Part shown: positions 28,401 through 43,500 of the stretch, piece after piece
How positions within the stretch are numbered: position 1 is the first letter of the stretch
Layout: the number at the start of each line of letters is the position of its first letter
Source of the DNA: the human T2T-CHM13v2.0 reference genome, Homo sapiens
Length of the DNA: 64,000 nt
Assembly (NCBI RefSeq): GCF_009914755.1
Contig: NC_060940.1
Strand: one strand, 5' to 3'
Made by a program: the position numbers and the translations under genes
The notes under the pieces: model-generated
The model's input: the letters and a program-made list of their open reading frames with translations, nothing else
Database searches by the model: none
What the model was told of the DNA's origin: nothing

Positions 28401-29614
28401 GATTCCCTTCGACAATGATTCCATTCGTGTCCATTTGATGATTCCATTCATTTCCTATCGATGAAGATTCCATTCAAGTGTATTCGATGATTCCATTCAA
28501 ATCCATTCGATGATGATTCCATTCCAGTCCATTCGATCATTCCACTTGATTCCATTTGATGACTATTCCATTCAAATCCATTTGATGATTCCATTCGATT
28601 CCATTCGATGTTACCATTCGAGTATATACGATGATTCCACTCGATTCCATTTGATGATTATTCCATTGGAGTCCACTTAGTGAATCCTTTAGATTCTACT
28701 GGAAGATGATTCCATTCGAGTCCATTCGATGATACCATTCAATTCCATTCGTTGATGCTTCCATTCAAGTGCATTCGATGATATCATTCGATTCCATTTG
28801 ATGATAATTCCATTTGATTCCATGCGATGATTCTATTCGATTCCATTCAATAATAATTCCATTCAATTCAGTGATTCCTCTGGACTCCATTTGATGATGA
28901 TTCCATTCAATGATTCCATTCGATTATATTCGAAAATGATTCCATTTGAATCCATTTGATGATGATTCCATTGGATTCCATTTGATGATTCCATTCGATT
29001 CCATTCGATGATGATTCCATTCGATTCCTTTTGATGATTCCATTCTATTGTATTCGATGATGATTCCATTCGATTCCATTCGATGATGATTGGATTCGAT
29101 TCCATTTGATGATTTCATTTGATTCCATTCGATAATGATTTCGATCAATTCCATTCGATGATTCCATTCGATTCCATTCGATAATGATTACATCCGAGTC
29201 CATTCGATGATTCCATTTGAGCCCGTTCGATAATTCCATTTGAGTCCAATCAATGATTCCATTCATTTCCATTCAATGATTCCATTCGAGTCCATTTGAT
29301 CATTCCGGTAGGGTCCGTTCGATATTGATTCCATTGGAGTGCATTCGATGATTCCATTCGAGTCCATTTTAGGATTTGATTCGAGTCCTTTCGATGATTC
29401 CATTCGATTCCACTCGATGATTTCATTCGAGTCCATTCGACACTTCCAATCGATTCCATTTGATGATTCCATTCGAGTCCAATTGATGATTCCATTCAAT
29501 TCCATTCGATGATGATTCCGTACGATTCCATTCTGTGATGATTCCATGTGATTGCATTCAATGATGATTCCTTTCGATTGCATTCGATTATGATTCATTT
29601 CGTGTTCATTCTAT
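25489..29614 (+). repeat. Chimeric HSat2 unit 5, 4126 bp, containing a non-unit HSat2 segment
   Basis: 6102 +16 +3 -3822 +1830 -3 = 4126. Confidence 0.92.
26800..28629 (+). repeat. Single-copy divergent HSat2 segment (1,830 bp), not part of the 6.1 kb unit
   Basis: Departs from the unit at 26800 (gagtctatttatgtattatattcgtg) and rejoins at 28630 (gatgattccactcgattccatttgatgattattccattggagtccacttag). ORF-track peptides 26914, 27293, 27505 and 28234 occur only once in the window. Confidence 0.9.
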
Positions 29615-32600
29615 GGTTCCACAGGTTTCCATTCGATGATGTTTCCATTCGTGTCCATTCCATTATTCCATTCTATTCCATTTGAAGATGATTCCATTCG
29701 ATTCCATTCATTGGTGATTCCACTCAATTCCATTCAATGATTCCATTCCATTTCTTTCAACAATGATTCCATTAGTTTCTATTCGATGATCCACTTGATT
29801 CCATTTGACGATGATTCCATTCGTGTCCATTCGATGATTCCATTTGATTCCATATGATGATGATTCCATTCGATTCCATACGATGATGATTCCATTCGAG
29901 TCCATTCAATGGTGATTCCATTCAATTCCATTCGATGATTCCTTTCGATTCCATTCAATGATGATGGCATTCGATTCCTTTCGATCATTCCCTTTGATTC
30001 CATTCAAAGGTGATTTCATTCAAGTCCATTCGATAATTGCATTCGATTCCATTCTATGATGATTCCATTCGAGTCCATTTGATGATTCCATTCAATTCAA
30101 GTCAATGATGATTCCATTCGATTCCACTCGATGATTCCATTGGATTCCATTCGATGATGATTCCATTCAAATCCATTCGATAATTCAATTCAAGTCCATT
30201 CGATGATGATTCCAATCGAATCCATTCAAAGATTCCACTCAATTCCATTCGATGATGATTCCCTTAGATTCCATTCGATGATTCCACTTGATTCCATTTA
30301 CGATGATTCCATTCGATTCCATGTGATGATTCCATTCAATTCTATTCAATGATGTTTCCACTTGATTCCATTCGAACATGATTGCCTTTGATTCCATTCA
30401 ATGATTCCATACGGTTCCATTTGATGATGATTCCATTGGAGTGCATTAGATGATTCCATCCGAGTCCATTTGATGATTCCATTCGATTCCATTCGATGTT
30501 GATTCTGTTCAAATACATTCGATGATTCCACTCGATTCCATTCGATGACTCCATTTGATCCCATTCGATGATTTCCTTTGATTCCCTTTGATGATCATTC
30601 CATTTGATTCAATTCGGTGATTTCATTTGATTCCATTCAGTGATGTTTCCATTCAACTCCTTTCGATGATGATTCCATTCGACTCCATTCGATTATGATT
30701 TCATTCAATTCCATTCGATAATGATTCCCTTCAAGTCCATTCGATGATTCCATTCGATTCCATTCAACGATGATTTGATTCGTGTCCATTCGATGATTCC
30801 ATTTGATTCCATTTGATGATGATTCCATTCGAGTCCCTTTGATGATTCCATTCAATTCCATTCTCCGATGATTTCTTTTGAGCCCATTCAATGCTTCCAC
30901 TCGATTCCATATGATGATGACTCCATTTGATGAAATTCCATGATGATTCCATTCGCTTGCATTCGATGATGATTCCACTTGAGTCCGTTAGAAGATTCTA
31001 TTCAATTACATTCCATGACGATTCTGTTCGAGTCCATTTGATGATTCCATTAGACTCCATTCGACGATGATTCCATTCGATGTTATTCGATGATGATTCC
31101 ATTCAACTCCATTCGATGTTTCCATTCGAGGTCATTCTATTATTCCATTAGATTCCATTCGATGATGATTCCATTCGATTCCATTTGATGATTGCATTCT
31201 ATTTCATTTGATGATGATTCCATTCGAGTCCATTCGATGATTCCATTCGAGTCCATTTAATGAATCCATTGGTTTCAATTCTATGATGATTACATTGGAT
31301 TCCATTCGTTGATGATTTCATTCGATTCCATTCAATGATGATTCCATTCAATTCCATTCAATGATTCCATTCAATTCCATACGATGATGATTCCATTTGA
31401 TTTGATTCGACAGTGAGCCATTCGATTCAATTCCATGATGATTCTATTTTATTCAATTGGTTGACATTTCCATTCGATTCCATTCGATGATGATTCCCCT
31501 TGATTCCATTCAAAGCTGATTCCATTCTAGCCCATTCAATCATTCCATTCGATTCTATTCAATGATGATTCCATTCATGTCGATTTGGTGATTCCATTTG
31601 ACCTCATTTGATGATGATTCTTTTCAAGTTCATTAGATGATTCCATTCGATTCCATTTGATGATGATCCCATTCGAGTCCATTTGATGATTCCACTCGTT
31701 TCCATTCCATGATGATTCCATTCCATTCCATTCAATGATTCCATTCGATTCCGTTTGATGATGATTTCATTCGAGTCCATTTGATGATTCCATTTGATTC
31801 CATTCGATGATGATTACATTCGACTCCATACGATGATTCCACTCAATTCCATATGATGATGATTCCATTCGATTCCATTCGATGATTCCACTTGATTCCA
31901 TTTACGATGATTCCATTTTATTCCATGTGATGATTCCATTCAGTTCTATTCAATGCTGTTTCCATTTGATTCCATTCGACCATGATTGCCTTTGATTCCA
32001 TTCAATGACTCCATTCGGTTCCTTTTGATGATGATTCCGTTCGATTCCATTTCATTATTCCATTTGATTCCATTGGATGAGTCCATTCGATTACATTCGA
32101 TGATTATTCCATTCGAGTGCATTAGATGATTCCATTCGAGTCCATTCGATGATTCCATTCGATTCCATTCGATGTTGATTCTGTTCAAATACATTCGATG
32201 ATTCCACTCGATTCCATTCGATGACTCCAGTTGATCCCATTCGATGATTTCCTTTGATTCCCTTTGATGATCATTCCATTTGATTCAATTCGGTGATTTC
32301 ATTTGATTCCATTCAGTGATGTTTCCATTCGACTCCATTCGATGATGATTCCATTCGACTCCATTCGATTATGATTTCATTCAATTCCATTCGATAATGA
32401 TTCCCTTCGAGTCCATTCGATGATTCCATTCGATTCCATTCAACGATGATTTGATTCGTGTCCATTCGATGATTCCATTTGATTCCACTTGATGATGATT
32501 CCATTCGAGTCCATTTGATGATTCCATTCAATTCCATTCTCCGATGATTTCTTTTGAGCCCATTCAATGCTTCCACTCGATTCCATATGATGATGACTCC

Positions 32601-35600
32601 ATTCGATGAAATTCGATGATGATTCCCTTTGATTCCATTCAAAGATGATTCCATTCTAGCCCATTCAATCATTCCATTCGATTCTATTCAATGATGATTC
32701 CATTCATGTCGATTTGGTGAATCCATTTGACTTCATTTGATGATGATTCCTTTCAAGTTCATTAGATGATTCCATTCGATTCCATTTGATGATGATCCCA
32801 TTGGAGTCCATTCAGTGATTCCATTCGTTTCCATTCCATGATGATTCCATTCCATTCCATTCAATGATTCCATTCGATTCCGTTTGATGATGATTTCATT
32901 CGAGTCCATTTGATGATTCCATTGGATTCCATTCGATGATGATTCCATTCGAGTCCATTCGATGATTCTATTCGAATCCATTTGATGATTTCTTTTGATT
33001 ATAGTTGGTGATGATTCCATTGGAGTCCATTCAATGATTCCATTCGATTCCAATCGATGGTGATTCCATTAGAGTCCATTTAACGATTCCATTTGATTCC
33101 AGTCTCTGATGATTACATTCGAGTCCATACGATGATTCCACTCAATTCCATATGATGATGATTCCATTCTATTCCATTCGATGATTCCATTCTATTCTAT
33201 TCAATGGTGATTCCATTCGTGTACATTAGATGATTCCATTCGATTCCATTCAATGATGATTCTATTTGTGTCCCTTAGATGGTTCCACATGATTCCATTT
33301 CATGATGATACTATTTGAGCCCATCCAATGATTCCCTTCGATTCCATTCGATGAGGATTCCATTCGATTCAATTCATTGGTGATTCTATTCAATTCAATT
33401 CTTTGATTCCATTCCATTCCATTCGACAATGATTCCATTCGATTTCTTTCGATGATTCCACTCGATTCCACTTGACATTGATTCCATTCGATTCCATTCA
33501 ATGATTCCGTTTGATTCCAGTGGATGATGATTGCCGTCGATTCCATTCGATCACTCCATTCTATTCCATTTGATGATGATTACATTCGATTCCATTTGAT
33601 GATTCCATCTGATTCTATTCGAGGATTCCATTTGATTCCATTCGATGATGATTCCATTCGAGTGCATTCGATGATTTCATTCGAGTACATCCAATGATTC
33701 CATTCGAGTCCATTTGATGATTCCATTTGATTCCATTTGATTATGATTCTACTAGAGTCCATTCAATGACTCCATTCGAATCCATTCAACAATTCCATTC
33801 GAGGCCATTCGATGATTCCATTTCATGATTCCATTCGAGTCCATTTAATCATTACAGTCGAGTCCATTTGGTGATTCCACTGGATTTCTTTTGATAATGA
33901 TACCATTCAATTACATTTGATGATGATCCCATTCAATTTCATTTGATGGTGATTCCATTAGAGTCCATTCGATGATTTCATTCGAGTCCCTTCATTGATT
34001 CCATCCGATTTCATTGGATGATGACTCCATTCGAGTCCATTCGATGATTCCACTCGATTCCATTAGATGATTCCATTGGAGTCCATTTGATTGTTCCATT
34101 CGATTCCGTTCGATTCCTTTCGAAGATTATTCCATTTGAGTCCATTCGATGATGATTCCATTCCATTCCATTCGATGATTCCGTTTGATTCCATTCGATG
34201 ATTCCCTTCGATTCCATTGTTTGATGATTCCATTCCATTCCATTCAATGATTCCATTCGAATCTATTCCATGATGATTCCTTTCGATTCCATTCGCTGAT
34301 GTTTCCGTTCAATTCCATTCGATGATGATTCCATTCGATTCCATTCATTGAGGATTCCATTTGATTCCATTCAATGATGATTCCATTCTATTCCATTCAA
34401 TGATTGCATTCAATTCCATTCAATGATTATCCCATTAGAGTAAACTCAACGATTCCATTCAATACCATTCGATGATGATTCCTTTTGAGTCCATTCAATG
34501 ATTTCATTCAAGTCCATTTGATGATTCCTTTCAATTCCATTCTATGATGATTCCATTCGAGTCCATTCGATGATTCCATTCGATTGCATTCGATGATTCC
34601 ATTATATTCCATTCAACGATGATTCCATTCGAGTCCATTTGATGATTCCATTAGAGTACATTTAATGATTGCTTTGTTTTCAATTCGAAGATGATTACAT
34701 TCGATTCCATTCTATGATACCATTCGATTCCATTCAATGATGATTCCTCTCAAATCCATTGGATGATTCCATTCGTGTCCATTCGGTGATTTCATTAGAT
34801 TCCATTCGAGGATGATTCCATTCGATTCCATTCGATGATTCCATTCAATTCCATTCGATGATGATTCCATTCCAGTCCATATGATCATTCCATTTGATTT
34901 CATTCGATGATGATTCCATTCGATTCCATTCGATGATTCCATTCTATTCCATTCGATGATGATTCCATTCGAGTCCATTCGATGATTCCATTCGAGTCCA
35001 TTTAATGATTCCATTGGGTTCAATTCAATGATGATTACATTGGATTCCGTTCTATGATTCCATTCAATTCCGTTCATTGACTATTTGATTCCATTCGATG
35101 ATGATTCCATTTGAGTTCATTCGATGATTCTATTCGATTCTCTTCGATGGTGATTCAATTCTATTATATTGGATGATTCCATTCGATTCCATTTGATGTT
35201 GATTCAATTCGATTCTATTCGATGATGATTCCATTGGATTTCACTTGATGATTCTATTCGATTCCATTCAATGATGATTCACTTCTCGTCCATTGGATGA
35301 TTCCATTTCATTCCATTCGATGATGATTCCATTCGATTCCATTCGATGATTCCATTTGATTCCATGCGTCGGTGAGCAATTCGATTCAATTCCATGATGA
35401 TTCTATTTGATTCAATTAGATGATGTTTCCATTCGAATCCATTCCATGATTATTCCATTGGAATCCATTCGGTGATGATTCCATATGAGTCAATTCAATG
35501 ATGATTCCATATGGGTCCGTTCGATGATAATTCCATTTGATTTCATTCGGTGCTTCTATTCAATTCCAGTCGATGATGATTCCGTTGGAGTCCATACGAT

Positions 35601-36720
35601 GATTCCATTTGATTTCATTTGATGATGATTCCATTCGATGATGATTACATTGGATTCCATTCTATGATTCCATTCAATTCCATTCGTTGATGATTCGATT
35701 CCATTCAATGATGATTCTATTTGAGTTCATTCGATGATTCTATTCGATTCCGTTCGATGGTGATTCAATTCTCTTATATTGGATGAATCCACTCGATACC
35801 ATTTGATGATTATTCCATTGGAGTCCACTTAGTGAATCCTTCAGATTCTACTCGAAGATGATTCCATTCAAGTCCATTCGATGATACCATTCAATTCCAT
35901 TCGTTGATGCTTCCATTCAAGTGCATTCGATGATATCATTCGATTCCATTTGATGATAATTCCATTTGATTCCATGCGATGATTCTATTCGATTCCATTC
36001 AATGATAATTCCATTCAGTTCAGTGATTCCTCTGGACTCCATTTGATGATGATTCCATTCAATGATTCCATTTGATTCTATTCGAAAATGATTCCATTTG
36101 AATCCATTTGATGATGATTCCATTAGATTCCATTTGATGATTCCATTCGATTCCATGCGACGATGATTCCATTCGATTCCATTCGATGATGATTGGATTC
36201 GATTCCATTTGATGATTTCATTTGATTCCATTCGTTAATGATTTCGATCAATTCCATTCGATGATTCCATTCGATTCCATTCGATAATGATTACATCCGT
36301 GTCCATTCAATGATTCCATTTGAGCCTGTTCGATAATTCCATTTGTGTCCAACCAATGATTCCATTCATTTCCATTCAATGATTCCATTCGAGTCCATTT
36401 GATCATTCCGGTAGGGTCCATTCGATGTTGATTCCATTGGAGTGCATTCGATGATTCCATTCGAGTCCATTTTATGATTTGATTCGAGTCCTTTCGATGA
36501 TTCCATTCGATTCCACTCGATGATGATTTCATTCGAGTCCATTCGACACTTCCAATCGATTCCATTTGATGTTTCCATTCGAGTCCAATTGATGATTCCA
36601 TTCAATTCCATTCGATGATGATTCCGTACGATTCCATTCTGTGATGATTCCATGTGATTGCATTCAATGATGATTCCTTTAGATTGCATTCGATTGTGAT
36701 TCATTTCGTCTTCATTCTAT
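29615..36720 (+). repeat. Rearranged HSat2 unit 6, 7106 bp (sister of unit 4)
   Basis: 6102 +16 +3 -72 -23 -170 +1869 -570 -49 = 7106. Confidence 0.92.
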
Positions 36721-39700
36721 GGTTCCACAGGTTTCCATTCGTGTCCATTCCATTATTCCATTCTATTCCATTTGATGATGATTCCATTCGATTCCATTCA
36801 TTGGTGATTCCACTCAATTCCATTCAATGATTCCATTCCATTTCTTTCAACAATGATTCCATTAGTTTCTAATCGATGATCCACTTGATTCCATTTGACG
36901 ACGCTTCCATTCTTGTCCATTCGATGATTCCATTTGATTCCATATGATGATGATTCCATTCGATTCCATACCATGATGATTCCATTCGAGTCCATTCAAT
37001 GGTGATTCCATTCAATTCCATTCGATGATTCCTTTCGATTCCATTCGATGATGATGGCATTCGATTCCTTTCAATCATTCCCTTTGATTCCATTCAAAGG
37101 TGATTTCATTCAAGTCCATTCGATAATTGCATTCGATTCCATTCTATGATGATTCCATTCGAGTCCATTTGATGATTCCATTCAATTCAAGTCAATGATG
37201 ATTCCATTCGATTCCATTCGATGATTCCATTGGATTCCATTCGATGATGATTCCATTCAAATCCATTCGATAATTCAATTCAAGTCCATTCGATGATGAT
37301 TAAAATGGAATCCATTCAAAGATTCCATTCAGTTCCATTCGATGATTCCCTTAGATTCCATTCGATGATTCCACTTGATTTCATTTACGATGATTCCATT
37401 CGATTCCACGTGATGATTCCATTCAATTCTATTCAATGCTGTTTCCATTTGATTCCATTCGACCATGATTGCCTTTGATTCCATTCAATGACTCCATTCG
37501 GTTCCTTTTGATGATGATTCCGTTCGATTCCATTTGATGATTCCATTTGATTCCATTGGATGAGTCCATTCGATTACATTCGATGATTATTCCATTCGAG
37601 TGCATTAGATGATTCCATTCGAGTCCATTCGATGATTCCATTCGATTCCATTCGATGTTGATTCTGTTCAAATCCATTCGATGATTCCACTCGATTCCAT
37701 TCGATGACTCCAGTTGATCCCATTCGATGATTTCCTTTGATTCCCTTTGATGATCATTCCATTTGATTCAATTCGGTGATTTCATTTGATTCCATTCAGT
37801 GATGTTTCCATTCGACTCCATTCGATGATGATTCCATTCGACTCCATTCGATTATGATTTCATTCAATTCCATTCGATAATGATTCCCTTCGAGTCCATT
37901 CGATGATTCCATTCGATTCCATTCAACGATGATTTGATTCGTGTCCATTCGATGATTCCATTTGATTCCACTTGATGATGATTCCATTCGAGTCCATTTG
38001 ATGATTCCATTCAATTCCATTCTCCGATGATTTCTTTTGAGCCCATTCAATGCTTCCACTCGATTCCATATGATGATGACTCCATTCGATGAAATTCGAT
38101 GATGATTCCCTTTGATTCCATTCAAAGATGATTCCATTCTAGCCCATTCAATCATTCCATTCGATTCTATTCAATGATGATTCCATTCATGTCGATTTGG
38201 TGATTCCATTTGACTTCATTTGATGATGATTCCTTTCAAGTTCATTAGATGATTCCATTCGATTCCATTTGATGATGATCCCATTCGAGTCCATTCAGTG
38301 ATTCCACTCGTTTCCATTCCATGATGATTCCATTCCATTCCATTCAATGATTCCATTCGATTCCGTTGGATGATGATTTCATTCGAGTCCATTTGATGAT
38401 TCCATTTGATTCCATTCGATGATGATTCCATTCGAGTCCATTCGATGATTCTATTCGAATCCATTTGATGATTTCTTTTGATTATAGTTGGTGATGATTC
38501 CATTGGAGTCCATTCAATGATTCCATTCGATTCCAATCGATGGTGATTCCATTAGAGTCCATTTAATGATTCCATTTGATTCCAGTCTCTGATGATTACA
38601 TTCGAGTCCATACGATGATTCCACTCAATTCCATATGATGATGATTCCATTCTATTCCATTCGATGATTCCATTCTATTCTATTCGATAATGATTCCATT
38701 CGAGTCCATTCGATGATTCCATTCGAGTCCATTTAATGATTCCATTGGGTTCAATTCAATGATGATTACATTGGATTCCGTTCTATGATTCCATTCAATT
38801 CCGTTCATTGACAATTTGATTCCATTCGATGATGATTCCATTTGAGTTCATTCGATGATTCTATTCGATTCTCTTCGATGGTGATTCAATTCTATTATAT
38901 TGGATGATTCCATTCGATTCCATTTGATGTTGATTCAATTCGATTCTATTCGATGATGATTCCATTGGATTTCACTTGATGATTCTATTCGATTCCATTC
39001 AATGATGATTCACTTCTCGTCCATTGGATGATTCCATTTCATTCCATTCGATGATGATTCCATTCGATTCCATTCGATGATTCCATTTGATTCCATGCGA
39101 CGGTGAGCAATTCGATTCAATTCCATGATGATTCTATTTGATTCAATTAGATGATGTTTCCATTCGAATCCATTCCATGATTATTCCATTGGAATCCATT
39201 CGGCGATGATTCCATATGAGTCAATTCAATGATGATTCCATATGGGTCCGTTCGATGATAATTCCATTTGATTTCATTCGATGCTTCTATTCTATTCCAG
39301 TCGATGATGATTCCGTTGGAGTCCATACGATGATTCCATTTGATTTCATTTGATGATGATTCCATTCGATGATGATTACATTGGATTCCATTCTATGATT
39401 CCATTCAATTCCATTCGTTGATGATTCGATTCCATTCAATGATGATTCCATTTGAGTTCATTCGATGATTCTATTCGATTCCGTTCGATGGTGATTCAAT
39501 TCTATTATATTGGATGATTCCACTCGATTCCATTTGATGATTATTCCATTGGAGTCCACTTAGTGAATCCTTTAGATTCTACTCGACGATGATTCCATTC
39601 GAGTCCATTCGATGATACCATTCAATTCCATTCGTTGATGCTTCCATTCAAGTGCATTCGATGATATCATTCGATTCCATTTGATGATAATTCCATTTGA

Positions 39701-40500
39701 TTCCATGCGATGATTCTATTCGATTCCATTCAATGATAATTCCATTCAATTCAGTGATTCCTCTGGACTCCATTTGATGATGATTCCATTCAATGATTCC
39801 ATTCGATTCTATTCGAAAATGATTCCATTTGAATCCATTTGATGATGATTCCATTAGATTCCATTTGATGATTCCATTCGATTCCATGCGACGATGATTC
39901 CATTCGATTCCGTTTGATGATTCCATTCTATTCTATTCGATGATGATTCCATTCGATTCCATTCGATGATGATTGGATTCGATTCCATTTGATGATTTCA
40001 TTTGATTCCATTCGTTAATGATTTCGATCAATTCCATTCGATGATTCCATTCGATTCCATTCGATAATGATTACATCCGAGTCCATTCGATGATTCCCTT
40101 TGAGCCTGTTCGATAATTCCATTTGAGTCCAACCAATGATTCCATTCATTTCCATTCAATGATTCCATTCGAGTCCATTTGATCATTCCGGTAGGGTCCA
40201 TTCGATGTTGATTCCATTGGAGTGCATTCGATGATTCCATTCGAGTCCATTTTAGGATTTGATTCGAGTCCTTTCGATGATTCCATTCGATTCCACTCGA
40301 TGATGATTTCATTCGAGTCCATTCGACACTTCCAATCGATTCCATTTGATGATTCCATTCGAGTCCAATTGATGATTCCATTCAATTCCATTCGAAGATG
40401 ATTCCGTACGATTCCATTCTGTGATGATTCCTTGTGATTGCATTCAATGATGATTCCTTTCGATTGCATTCGATTATGATTCATTTCGTGTTCATTCTAT
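36721..40500 (+). repeat. Deleted HSat2 unit 7, 3780 bp
   Basis: 6102 -570 (~38100) -1752 (~38685) = 3780. Confidence 0.93.
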
Positions 40501-43500
40501 GGTTCCACAGGTTTCCATTCGTGTCCATTCCATTATTCCATTCTATTCCATTTGATGATGATTCCATTCGATTCCATTCATTGGTGATTCCACTCAATTC
40601 CATTCAATGATTCCATTCCATTTCTTTCAACAATGATTCCATTAGTTTCTAATCGATGATCCACTTGATTCCATTTGACGACGATTCCATTCTTGTCCAT
40701 TCGATGATTCCATTTGATTCCATATGATGATGATTCCATTCGATTCCATACCATGATGATTCCATTCGAGTCCATTCAATGGTGATTCCATTCAATTCCA
40801 TTCGATGATTCCTTTTGATTCCATTCGATGATGATGGCATTCGATTCCTTTCAATCATTCCCTTTGATTCCATTCAAAGGTGATTTCATTCAAGTCCATT
40901 CGATAATTGCATTCGATTCCATTCTATGATGATTCCATTCGAGTCCATTTGATGATTCCATTCAATTCAAGTCAATGATGATTCCATTCGATTCCATTCG
41001 ATGATTCCATTGGATTCCATTCGATGATGATTCCATTCAAATCCATTCGATAATTCAATTCAAGTCCATTCGATGATGATTCCAATCGAATCCATTCAAA
41101 GATTCCATTCAGTTCCATTCGATGATTCCCTTAGATTCCATTCGATGATTCCACTTGATTGCATTTACGATGATTCCATTCGATTCCATGTGATGATTCC
41201 ATTCAATTCTATTCAATGATGTCTCCATTTGATTCCATTCGACCATGATTGCCTTTGATTCCATTCAATGATTCCATTCGGTTCCGTTTGATGATGATTC
41301 CGTTCGATTCCATTTGATGATTCCATTTGATTCCATTGGATGAGTCCATTCGATTACATTCGATGATTATTCCATTCGAGTGCATTAGATGATTCCATTC
41401 GAGTCCATTCGATGATTCCATTCGATTCCATTCGATGTTGATTCTGTTCAAATCCATTCGATGATTCCACTCGATTCCATTCGTTGACTCCATTTGATCC
41501 CATTCGATGATTTCCTTTGATTCCCTTTGATGATCATTCCATTTGATTCAATTCGGTGATTTCATTTGATTCCATTCAGTGATGTTTCCATTCGACTCCA
41601 TTCGATGATGATTCCATTCGACTCCATTCGATTATGATTTCATTCAATTCCATTCGATAATGATTCCCTTCGAGTCCATTCGATGATTCCATTCGATTCC
41701 ATTCAACGATGATTTGATTCGTGTCCATTCGATGATTCCATTTGATTCCACTTGATGATGATTCCATTCGAGTCCATTTGATGATTCCATTCAATTCCAT
41801 ACTCCGATGATTTCTTTTGAGCCCACTCAATGCTTCCACTCGATTCCATATGATGATGACTCCATTCGATGAAATTCGATGATGATTCCATTCGCTTGCT
41901 TTCGATGATGATTCCACTTGAGTCCGTTAGAAGATTCTATTCAATTACATTCCATGACGATTCCGTTCGAGTCCATTTGATGATTCCATTAGACTCCATT
42001 CGACGATGATTCCATTCGATGTTATTCGATGATTCCATTCGATCTCATTCGATGATGATTCCATTCAACTCCATTCGATGTTTCCATTCGAGTTCATTCT
42101 ATTATTCCATTAGATTCAATTCGATGATGATTCCATTCGATTCCATTTGATGATTGCATTCTATTTCATTTGATGATGATTCCATTCGAGTCCACTCGAT
42201 GATTCCATTCGAGTCCATTTAATGAATCCATTGGTTTCAATTCTATGATGATTACATTGGATTCCATTCGTTGATGATTTCATTCGGTTCCATTCAATGA
42301 TGATTCCATTCAATTCCTTTCAATGTTTCCATTCAATTCCATACGATGATGATTCCATTTGATTTGATTCAACAGTGAGCCATTCGATTCAATTCCATGA
42401 TGATCCTATTTGATTCAATTGGTGGACATTTCCATTCGATTCCATTCGATGATGATTCCCTTTGATTCCATTCAAAGATGATTCCATTCTAGCCCATTCA
42501 ATCATTCCATTCGATTCTATTCAATGATGATTCCATTCATGTCGATTTGGTGATTCCATTTGACTTCATTTGATGATGATTCCTTTCAAGTTCATTAGAT
42601 GATTCCATTCGATTCCATTTGATGATGATCCCATTCGAGTCCATTCAGTGATTCCACTCGTTTCCATTCCATGATGATTCCATTCCATTCCATTCAATGA
42701 TTCCATTCGATTCCGTTGGATGATGATTCCATTCGAGTCCATTCGATGATTCTATTCGAATCCATTTGATGATTTCTTTTGATTATAGTTGGTGATGATT
42801 CCATTGGAGTCCATTCAATGATTCCATTCGATTCCAATCGATGGTGATTCCATTAGAGTCCATTTAATGATTCCATTTGATTCCAGTCTCTGATGATTAC
42901 ATTCGAGTCCATACGATGATTCCACTCAATTCCATATGATGATGATTCCATTCTATTCCATTCGATGATTCCATTCTATTCTATTCGATAATGATTCCAT
43001 TCGAGTCCATTCGATGATTCCATTCGAGTCCATTTAATGATTCCATTGGGTTCAATTCAATGATGATTACATTGGATTCCGTTCTATGATTCCATTCAAT
43101 TCCGTTCATTGACAATTTGATTCCATTCGATGATGATTCCATTTGAGTTCATTCGATGATTCTATTCGATTCTCTTCGATGGTGATTCAATTCTATTATA
43201 TTGGATGATTCCATTCGATTCCATTTGATGTTGATTCAATTCGATTCTATTCGATGATGATTCCATTGGATTTCACTTGATGATTCTATTCGATTCCATT
43301 CAATGATGATTCACTTCTCGTCCATTGGATGATTCCATTTCATTCCATTCGATGATGATTCCATTCGATTCCATTCGATGATTCCATTTGATTCCATGCG
43401 ACGGTGAGCAATTCGATTCAATTCCATGATGATTCTATTTGATTCAATTAGATGATGTTTCCATTCGAATCCATTCCATGATTATTCCATTGGAATCCAT

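Noticed and set aside
26800-28629. Transposon or retrocopy insertion
   Set aside because: The sequence is itself HSat2, with no L1/Alu/LTR features, poly(A) or target-site duplication, and it replaces rather than interrupts unit sequence.
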